Shown here one piece after another: positions 16,781 to 24,034 of a stretch of 32,000 nucleotides of DNA (the first letter of the stretch is position 1; each line of letters starts with the position of its first letter). The notes beneath the pieces are model-generated. The model made no database searches. It saw nothing but the letters and a program-made list of their open reading frames with translations, and was not told where the DNA came from. The position numbers and the translations under genes were made by a program. The stretch is from Promethearchaeota archaeon (GTDB taxonomy: Archaea; Asgardarchaeota; Odinarchaeia; Odinarchaeales; JBHLKK01). The stretch is from assembly GCA_048939465.1 (NCBI GenBank), contig JBHLPL010000001.1:64684-96683 (forward strand), read 5' to 3'.

Positions 16781-17638
16781 ATGATTCATTCGGTTTATGT
16801 AATCCGAAGGACAGGAGAATGCCTATTCTCCAGAGTATATGATAAGAACGGAATCGACGAAGCCCTAATATCCGGCTTCTTAAGCGCTCTACAATCTTTC
16901 ATAAATGAAATCAGTGGAGATTATGTAAGGACTCTGAAAACTGGAAATGTGAAATTTGTCTATAATTTACTGGATGATCTGATATTCGTATTCTGCGTCG
17001 ATCTAGAAGAAGATGAGGAAAAACTGAGAAAGAAGATAAATCTCACTCAGAGTGTCTTCGTAAGGAGATTTGGCAGCATAATAGAAGGCTGGAATGGTCA
17101 AACCAGCATCTTCGAATCCTTCAATGTAACAGTAGATGACATTGTTACAGATCTCGTAAAGGTATCCGTAATTGGATTTGGGGGTGTCGGTAAGACGACT
17201 CTCCTCAAGCTTATTCTAAGGGAAGAAGTTCCCGTACAACACATTCCAACAATAGCGGTTGATATCAAAGATCTTAACGGTGTAAAATCCCCGGCAAAGG
17301 TGGTCATGTGGGATTTTGCTGGACAACAGCGTTTTGAATCCCTTTGGGATGTGATGATTAAAGGCTCAGACGTTATTCTAATTGTTACGGATTCTTCCAT
17401 GTTAAATATAGTAAAGACCAAGAAAAAAATCATCTCCCTCATTAAAGAGCATAATCCCGGCGCGAGAGTTATTGCTATTGCAAACAAACAAGACCTTCCG
17501 AATTCGATAAAGCCAAGAGCAATTAGTGACCTTCTAGGCGTACCGGTTTATGGAATTGTCGGCATAGACCCTTCAAATCGAGGGCAATTGCTTGAGATAA
17601 TAGGCGATACTGTTAATAGCTGGCTAGAATATTCATAA
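16781..17638 (+). CDS. Longin domain fused to an Arf/Rab-like small GTPase
   Basis: Longin pattern MIHSVYVIRRTGECLFSR...LISGFLSALQSF...FVY...LIFVFCVD; G1 GFGGVGKT, G2 IPTI, G3 WDFAGQ, G4 NKQD. Confidence 0.88.
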   Translation: MIHSVYVIRRTGECLFSRVYDKNGIDEALISGFLSALQSFINEISGDYVRTLKTGNVKFVYNLLDDLIFVFCVDLEEDEEKLRKKINLTQSVFVRRFGSIIEGWNGQTSIFESFNVTVDDIVTDLVKVSVIGFGGVGKTTLLKLILREEVPVQHIPTIAVDIKDLNGVKSPAKVVMWDFAGQQRFESLWDVMIKGSDVILIVTDSSMLNIVKTKKKIISLIKEHNPGARVIAIANKQDLPNSIKPRAISDLLGVPVYGIVGIDPSNRGQLLEIIGDTVNSWLEYS

Positions 17639-17684
17639 ACTATCCACTAGGCCGTTTGTTCATTCGCCGCTGGAGTAGGGCTTA

Positions 17685-18437
17685 ATGTTTCTTGTGGGGG
17701 CCGTAGGAGACATTCATGGACCGAAGTATCTATACCTGTTTAAGAATGGACTAAGCTCACTAAAAGGAAATGTCTTAGACGATATTAATTGTCTATTTTT
17801 TGCCGGCGATATCATATCAAAAGGCCATACTGAAGATCTCCAAGCGGTAATAAGGACCATCGATGACTTTGAAGTTAGATGTCCTTTGATCTCCTGCTTC
17901 GGTAACGAGGAGTATGAAGAAACGCATAACATAATACGAGAGAAATTCGGCAGTAGGGTTACATTCCTGGATGATGAGTCTTTTGTCTTGAACCTGAAAG
18001 ACGATAGGACACTAGGGATTGTGGGATCTAAAGGGAGTCTAGATCGACCCACATGGTGGCAAAGTAGGAATATTCCAAACATCCTTCAGATATATTCTCA
18101 GAGAATCAGTGTAATAGGTGGTCTCCTTCAGAAATTGAAGACTGATTTCAAGATCTTACTCCTACATTATGCTCCGACTTTCAAAACATTAGGTGGCGAA
18201 GGAAGAACTTTTTACCAGCAATTAGGAAGCAAAAAGCTTGAGACTATAATCAGCAGAAGCAAACCGGACGTAGTTATCCATGCCCATGCCCACAATGGAC
18301 GCAGATTTGCCCTTTTGGGTGAGATTCCTATATACAACGTTTCTCTTCCTCTTACCCGGACAATCACAGTCATAAAACTACCGGGATTTGCTATCTCCGA
18401 TTCCTCGGAAGATAATAAGGAAGAATATACATCATGA
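17685..18437 (+). CDS. Calcineurin-like metallophosphoesterase (Icc-related)
   Basis: GDIHG, AGDII, GNEE, HYAP and HAHAH metal-binding motifs. Confidence 0.9.
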   Translation: MFLVGAVGDIHGPKYLYLFKNGLSSLKGNVLDDINCLFFAGDIISKGHTEDLQAVIRTIDDFEVRCPLISCFGNEEYEETHNIIREKFGSRVTFLDDESFVLNLKDDRTLGIVGSKGSLDRPTWWQSRNIPNILQIYSQRISVIGGLLQKLKTDFKILLLHYAPTFKTLGGEGRTFYQQLGSKKLETIISRSKPDVVIHAHAHNGRRFALLGEIPIYNVSLPLTRTITVIKLPGFAISDSSEDNKEEYTS

Positions 18438-18716
18438 ATACTTCAGTGTTATTTATGTTTATATGACTTAAAAAACATCTAACTCCTTGTTGTGCAAAAC
18501 GACTTTATCCCTTTCACCGTCGCTTAGTCCGGCGAGACACGATTCTGATAAGCTAATCTGATTGCTGTTGCCGATTGGATAAGGTCTTGTAGATCGCTTC
18601 AATCTGATGAAAATGTGAGGGTCAAATCCTTTAATCTGAAAATGCTGCCCTTGAGAGCGACCAGAATAGCCCGACTCCTCGTGAGGTCAAACAACCCGTT
18701 TGCTTGAGGGAGTTTC

Positions 18717-20522
18717 ATGAAGACTGTGAGAATCTGCAATTTTTGTGGAAGCAGAGAAGCAACTCATTATTGTGAGGAGTGTGGAGCCTCATTCTGCAGC
18801 AGGTGCGCAAGAAAGAAGAAGATCCAAATTAGCATATGTGTAAATTGCGGTGCATCTGTTGACAAACTCAGAAAACAGAGTAGTATTACGGCCTGCAATG
18901 ACTGTAATCCGTCAAGCACAAAATCTGCGATAAAATACATAACCCTATGCCCTGATTGCTCTTCAAAGACGGTAGTACGCATCAAGAAAAAAAACCATGA
19001 TTTGTTGATCAAACTCAAAAGTGCAGTTTCAAGTCTTATATCCGGCTACTATATCCTAAAACAATTTTTGGCTGAAGTGAATACCGTACGGCGCAGGATA
19101 GTAGCAATGAGGTATTATGGATTTAGACAGTATCCTGAACTCGAAAAGACATTGATTGCTGTCTATTCTGAAGTTCATACGTTGGGTCAGAACTTTGTCA
19201 ATACAGTATTCAAAACATTACAGGGAGTAGATTCTGAATTGCTTGTGGTTCTAAGGAAGAGACCATGGGACTCCAAAGATTTTCCCTCGGTAGAATCTCT
19301 GACAGAACAACTTAGAAAAGATGGACAGATGACTCAGAAAGACTTGATGAACAGACTAACTGATTTAAGACAGCTATTTATCGACCTTCTTCCTCTAATT
19401 GGGTCTCTGGAGTACTTCAGACAAGTGTACGATAGCATAGGGGAGCATTTAATCCTTGATAAGTATGAGAGAATCATCTGTGCGTTTAGCAAGGTGTCTC
19501 TGTCATCGAACTCATCCAAGCGGAGCAAGAATAACGGAACCTTGGTTCTTACAAACCGCAGAATAGTTCTTCATCAACAAGCAAAGGGAAAAGGGGCTTT
19601 CAATGTAATTGGGGCAAGATTGACTGATTTAAACTCCTATCATGTCGATGAAACAGATGGAAGAATAACTCTGGAAACAACGAATGGTAGAACGGAGTTC
19701 CTTGTTTCACAGAATGCTGCGAGTTTATTCAAGAGATCTCTAGAGGTAACCGACCGATACGACGGGAATTTAGTAGATTTGGATCGCTTAAATCGTCTCA
19801 TTAATATCCAGTGGGTTTCTTCGGAGTTATATCGTCTGAATAAGAAACTGCAGCTAGAGGTTCTCAATGTGCTGGGGGAGAAACCCAGACTTCTCGATTC
19901 AGCAGTTGTTGCTACATCTGTCTTTAGAGAGTACTCAAATGACACTCCTGAGCCACCGCAGGAGGGGCCAAATGTCTCGTTTGGGATCAAGAAAGACGAT
20001 CCCAAAGAGGCCATGAATTCGGAATCTTATAAGGGAACCAAGCCGGCAGGCGTTATTCGTCGCATTGTGAATTTATTTAAGAATAATAGAAATCGTGAAT
20101 TATCCGATCTAGTTCTGGAAATTGGCAGAAAGAACAGAACCAATACGGGCGGGATGGTTCCTTTAGCTGAAGTGTACCTATCGATAAAAGAACTCAGACC
20201 TAATCGGAACATCGATGTTGAGGAAGTTGAAAAAGCAATTGAAACACTTAAAGAAAAAGGACTTATAGTTGATTTTAGGGAACATAACTCTGGAATAAAA
20301 GTTGTTGAGTTCTTTCCATTAGAGTTCAGTAGTGATAAGAATACTGTTATAGATTTGGCAGCAGAAAGAGGTCACCTGACGCTTGAGGATGTCATACGCA
20401 ATACGGGATGGTTAGGGGTCAGAGCTGCAAGAGCACTTAAAGGGTTAGAGAAAATTGGGATAGCCAAGCTTGACCCTACATATTCTAGGGGAAAGCGTTG
20501 GTATTTCCCATACCTGAAATGA
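18717..20522 (+). CDS. Vps36-like ESCRT-II subunit: Cys-rich Zn-finger region, coiled coil, PH/GLUE-like domain, EAP30/Vps36 winged helices
   Basis: Six CxxC pairs in the first ~80 aa; NGTLVLTNRRIVL PH-like strand pair. The C-terminal ~140 aa align by eye with the Vps22 paralogue (TGGM.P..E; GIKVVEF; GW...RA.RAL..L; DPTYSRGKRWYFP vs DPSYSRGEKYYFP). Confidence 0.8.
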   Translation: MKTVRICNFCGSREATHYCEECGASFCSRCARKKKIQISICVNCGASVDKLRKQSSITACNDCNPSSTKSAIKYITLCPDCSSKTVVRIKKKNHDLLIKLKSAVSSLISGYYILKQFLAEVNTVRRRIVAMRYYGFRQYPELEKTLIAVYSEVHTLGQNFVNTVFKTLQGVDSELLVVLRKRPWDSKDFPSVESLTEQLRKDGQMTQKDLMNRLTDLRQLFIDLLPLIGSLEYFRQVYDSIGEHLILDKYERIICAFSKVSLSSNSSKRSKNNGTLVLTNRRIVLHQQAKGKGAFNVIGARLTDLNSYHVDETDGRITLETTNGRTEFLVSQNAASLFKRSLEVTDRYDGNLVDLDRLNRLINIQWVSSELYRLNKKLQLEVLNVLGEKPRLLDSAVVATSVFREYSNDTPEPPQEGPNVSFGIKKDDPKEAMNSESYKGTKPAGVIRRIVNLFKNNRNRELSDLVLEIGRKNRTNTGGMVPLAEVYLSIKELRPNRNIDVEEVEKAIETLKEKGLIVDFREHNSGIKVVEFFPLEFSSDKNTVIDLAAERGHLTLEDVIRNTGWLGVRAARALKGLEKIGIAKLDPTYSRGKRWYFPYLK

Positions 20523-20567
20523 TGTTGAAGAAATCTCTTGAGAAAGCCCATCAGCCTGGCTTTTGGT

Positions 20568-21011
20568 TCATCGCCTTCCCTCGCGGGAACGGCGGTAAGA
20601 TCCCCTACTGTAGGGTCTTCGTCTTGGTCTAAATCGGTCCTGTTCATATTGTTTTTCGGAGAGATTGTTCTCTGTGTTTACATCGCCAAACTCGGCATCC
20701 TCAAATGACTCAATCGTACCATATCTACCGATATTTAATCGCAAGGATCCCTTGAATACTGTACAGTATCCGTTGTTGATTTTGTATATCTGATCTATTT
20801 CCACCTTGTCAATGTCCTGATTCCAAAGAGTTAAGTACACGCTACCAGTCTCGTCACCCACCAGAGCTTCGGTGACTCTTAGTTGTTCACCTGTCTTTCT
20901 TGAGAATACCTCTCTTGCCTCATTCTTAGAGGCTACCTTAACTTTTACGTTTACACCTCTAGAGTTCGGATTTAGCTCTTCTACGACTACAAATTCCTCA
21001 GATTCGCTCAT
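20568..21011 (-). CDS. ssb: Single-OB-fold single-stranded DNA-binding protein (crenarchaeal-type SSB)
   Basis: VNVKVKV, EALVGDETGSVYLTLW, NGYCTVFKGSLRLNIGRYG, Arg-rich tail. ATG 21011 is preferred because the ORF-track start (21116) sits against the TATA box. Confidence 0.9.
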   Translation of the reverse strand: MSESEEFVVVEELNPNSRGVNVKVKVASKNEAREVFSRKTGEQLRVTEALVGDETGSVYLTLWNQDIDKVEIDQIYKINNGYCTVFKGSLRLNIGRYGTIESFEDAEFGDVNTENNLSEKQYEQDRFRPRRRPYSRGSYRRSREGRR

Positions 21012-21117
21012 TTTAGTTACATCTCTATTCATATACTTTGTTCGTTTAACAAGGATAGCAAAACAAGTCCCTAGAGCAAGTTTTACATCCTTAAGCGGTA
21101 TCGGGTTAGATTCCAAG

Positions 21118-21132
21118 ATATTTAAACCTTAC
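21118..21132 (-). promoter_or_regulatory. BRE-TATA promoter for ssb
   Basis: Minus strand GTAAGG-TTTAAATAT upstream of ssb. Confidence 0.55.
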
Positions 21133-21157
21133 TATATGGAAGAAATAGCTTTCTCGA

Positions 21158-21805
21158 TTACTCTTTTTCTTTTTCCTCTTCTGGTATGTCTTCTTTAAGC
21201 CCTTTCTTAATATCTTCAAGTTCCTTCCGTATTTTGTCCTTCTTCTTTTCAGCGACAGCCTTCTCTTTTTCGGTGGGAATCTCAGGTAACTCTTCTTCTA
21301 TGGCCACTTCCTCTTGAAGTTTTGCTAACTCCCTCTCTACGTCAATGTCTTCGCCTTCATCCAAAGCTGTGGCACTTAACATCTCACTGGTTTTCTCTAT
21401 CTCATCAACCAGTTGTTCAGTTTTTAGCATAACTTCAGTAGCTTTCTCACTTGACATAAGTCTTCTTGCTTCTTCAAGTTGTTCAAGACCAACTTCAAGG
21501 GCACGTCCCATGTCGGCAGTATCTCTAGCAGTCTCGATCATATCAATAACATCTTCTAGGCTGCCTACCTGTCTATGATAACGATTCATCCATGTGGTAT
21601 ATCTTTTCCATTTTCGAAGATGTGTCCTTGCCCCATCTGTGTTTCCTTGCCTTACAAGCTCTCTTGCTCTCTGCTTGCTTTCTCCTGCCTTTCTTTCAAA
21701 TCCACGAACTCTGAGTGTCATCTTGTTGATTGTTGCACGCATTTCTGTAACTGCTTCGTCTCTGCTTTCCTTTTTCTTGGGGAATAGCTTCCTCAGAAAA
21801 CCCAA
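21158..21805 (-). CDS. snf7: ESCRT-III subunit, Snf7/Vps20/Vps32/Vps60 (CHMP4-6) class
   Basis: MGFLRKLF amphipathic N-helix, AR.LVRQGN.DGAR..LRK.K, LEDVIDMIETA...DMGRAL, acidic DIDVERELAKLQEE and LPEIPT. TTG start after GAGGTGA. Confidence 0.88.
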   Translation of the reverse strand: MGFLRKLFPKKKESRDEAVTEMRATINKMTLRVRGFERKAGESKQRARELVRQGNTDGARTHLRKWKRYTTWMNRYHRQVGSLEDVIDMIETARDTADMGRALEVGLEQLEEARRLMSSEKATEVMLKTEQLVDEIEKTSEMLSATALDEGEDIDVERELAKLQEEVAIEEELPEIPTEKEKAVAEKKKDKIRKELEDIKKGLKEDIPEEEKEKE

Positions 21806-21845
21806 ACAACTTCACCTCATCAATACTAGAATTGACATTTTGAGC

Positions 21846-21864
21846 TTATTATACTTTACTTTTT
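21846..21864 (-). promoter_or_regulatory. Putative BRE-TATA for snf7
   Basis: Minus strand AAAAAGTAAAG-TATATAAT about 40 bp upstream of TTG 21805. Confidence 0.4.
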
Positions 21865-21916
21865 AGTTCTCCTATTTCTAAACCTTATGCTCTGTCGAAA
21901 GGAGCACTGAGTCTCC

Positions 21917-22213
21917 TCATTCTTTCTTATCGTCTTTGCCTATTTCCCTTATTAGCGGCTTTTCCTCCTTCAGTCCGAGAATTCTGAACTTGGGGTATTG
22001 CTTTTCCAATTGTTCTCTCAGTCTTTCTTTATTTACGTTTCCGTGCGTTTCAACATTAACAATCGGTCTGTCGCCTTCGTATGTTACTTGAATCGGATAA
22101 CCGCCTGCACCGCCAAAATCGTCGTTCAGAAATCTCTTTTCTAAGGCCTCAGATAATCCGAAATCTTCATCAAATGGATCAGAAATGGTTCCCTTTTTTT
22201 TCTTTTTGCCTAA
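21917..22213 (-). CDS. Small hypothetical protein (~98 aa) with no canonical start codon (not in ORF track)
   Basis: Hand translation: (L)GKKKKKGTISDPFDEDFGLSEALEKRFLNDDFGGAGGYPIQVTYEGDRPIVNVETHGNVNKERLREQLEKQYPKFRILGLKEEKPLIREIGKDDKKE*. Composition is protein-like (beta-beta-alpha). A G7 SD-like run lies 6 nt before the TTA codon. Confidence 0.65.
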   Translation of the reverse strand, partial: LGKKKKKGTISDPFDEDFGLSEALEKRFLNDDFGGAGGYPIQVTYEGDRPIVNVETHGNVNKERLREQLEKQYPKFRILGLKEEKPLIREIGKDDKKE

Positions 22214-22514
22214 AGGGTTCCCCCCCTGCTGAAAAATATACCCAATTATCTTATGATTTACGGAAAAATAAAAAACTAATGGTTTCCGATAAGGTTTATC
22301 GTTTGAGGGTTAGGTATGGTTTCCTAGAAATGCTTTTCATCAGGGAATTCGCATACTTCCCGCATGTGGGTGGTTTTGCTGTCACTGAAGGGAAAATCGA
22401 GGAAGCACGGGAGAGGAGATTGAGAAGGCTTGGGAAATAAGTTCACGAGGGCTGTCAAGAGGGATTGTTATACGTCTATGATCGACTCAATGAGTTGAAG
22501 GACCAGGAGGAATT

Positions 22515-23174
22515 ATGTTGGTTGGCAAAAAATACTCATCGCTCAAAAAGAAAATCGTAGAAATAGAAAAAAAGCTCCTTGAAAAGGGTTTTGTTGTTGG
22601 CCCTGCAGGAAATGTAAGTGCTAGGACTCCCGAAGAGGACAAGATCCTCATAACTCCAAGTGGAGTAACTCATGATAGGATTAAGACTGAGGATATCCTG
22701 ATCGTAGATTTTAAAGGTGATATCTTAGATGGTGAGCTTGCCCCCTCGAGTGAAATAGAAATGCACTTGTCTATATACCGAACGCAAGAAGATGCTGGTG
22801 CAGTAATCCACTCTCACCCACCCTTTTCCACAGCTTTGGCAGTCGTTGGGGAAACTATTCCTCCTCTTACGGATGAATTTGTGGTTTTCGTTGGGGGGGA
22901 GGTGAGACTGGCAGATTATGCTGTTGCTGGGAGCGAAGAGCTGGCAAATAATGTTATTTTGGCCATAGGAGGCAGCAGGGCAGTTCTGCTTTCAAATCAC
23001 GGACTTCTTTGCTACGGGAGGGATTTGGACGATGCGCTGTTTGTTACGGAACTTGTGGAAGAAACAGCCAGAGTACTTGTCCATGCGTTGACAATTGGCA
23101 CCCCCAAACCCTTGCCGAAAGATATCATTGAAAAACAAAGAGAGACCTTCAAAATGATAAAATCTCGACGATAG
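22515..23174 (+). CDS. Class II aldolase/adducin family (L-fuculose-1-phosphate aldolase-like)
   Basis: GNVSAR, ITPSG, PSSE..MH..IY, HSHP and NHG Zn-binding motifs; AGGAGG SD. Confidence 0.9.
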   Translation: MLVGKKYSSLKKKIVEIEKKLLEKGFVVGPAGNVSARTPEEDKILITPSGVTHDRIKTEDILIVDFKGDILDGELAPSSEIEMHLSIYRTQEDAGAVIHSHPPFSTALAVVGETIPPLTDEFVVFVGGEVRLADYAVAGSEELANNVILAIGGSRAVLLSNHGLLCYGRDLDDALFVTELVEETARVLVHALTIGTPKPLPKDIIEKQRETFKMIKSRR

Positions 23175-23241
23175 GTAGTAACTATGCCTTCAATCAGTTC
23201 TGGCATAACGTTCGTGGTAAGTCTTTCGGAGTTCGTCAGAT

Positions 23242-24018
23242 ATGAGAATATCTTTTGATAGAGTTGCACATGTTTATGATAAAACAAGAGGCCTCCCTAA
23301 TCGAGTGATGAGTCAGCTAATCGAAAGGCTAACCGAAGAGCTATCCGATAAAAGAACTATTCTAGATGCAGGTGTTGGGACTGGAAGGTTTGCAGAACCT
23401 TTAACGGATATTGGACTCAATGTTGTTGGAATAGATATTGCGAAGGAAATGATGAAGAAAGCAGCTGAGAGGGGCTTAGATAAACTGCTTTTGAGCGATG
23501 TCCTATTCCTCCCGTTCAGGGACAGTTCCTTTGAGGTCACGATTTCAATACATCTTCTTCATCTGGTCCGCGGGTGGAAAAAAGCCCTACATGAAATCTG
23601 CAGAGTAACTACAAAAGAAATGATTTCGATGGACTACAGATACAAGAACCCGATTCGTACGGCCTATGACCGTCTTCTCAGAAGCCATGGGTATGAACCG
23701 CGCAGGGTCGGAAAAGGAGAATGGGAATTGAAAGATATAGTGAAACCTTCGAAGTCATCGTTTGTAGCTTCCTTTAATATTGATGCAAATGAAACTCTTG
23801 CTTATCTCGGTCAAATGGTTTATTCGAGTCAGTGGGAATTGCCAAAAGGCATAAACGATAAGATTGTAAGTGAATTGGGAGCGCGATTTGCCGATAGGCT
23901 GATTCCTCAGGAACTGCACCTTTTAGTGTGGGATGTGGAAGACCTAAGAGATTTTTGCGGCAATAGCTTGAGACCAGCCAGATGGGATACCTGCCTCGAT
24001 GAAGACCGGCCTACATAA
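23242..24018 (+). CDS. Class I SAM-dependent methyltransferase
   Basis: SFDRVAHVYDKTR, ILDAGVGTGRF motif I, GIDIA, LPFRDSSFE. Confidence 0.9.
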   Translation: MRISFDRVAHVYDKTRGLPNRVMSQLIERLTEELSDKRTILDAGVGTGRFAEPLTDIGLNVVGIDIAKEMMKKAAERGLDKLLLSDVLFLPFRDSSFEVTISIHLLHLVRGWKKALHEICRVTTKEMISMDYRYKNPIRTAYDRLLRSHGYEPRRVGKGEWELKDIVKPSKSSFVASFNIDANETLAYLGQMVYSSQWELPKGINDKIVSELGARFADRLIPQELHLLVWDVEDLRDFCGNSLRPARWDTCLDEDRPT

Positions 24019-24034
24019 CGGGTGCCGTACTGAC

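Noticed and set aside
18601-18640. Canonical C/D box guide sRNA
   Set aside because: Only one C/D pair, with no D'/C' boxes or terminal stem. Kept only as a weak k-turn candidate.
22081-22514. 119-aa plus-strand ORF, and a 36-aa sub-ORF (22330..22440) whose frame continues past TAA
   Set aside because: The 5' part overlaps the better minus-strand ORF and promoter-like sequence. The remainder has no recognisable motif or SD, so a decayed gene cannot be supported.
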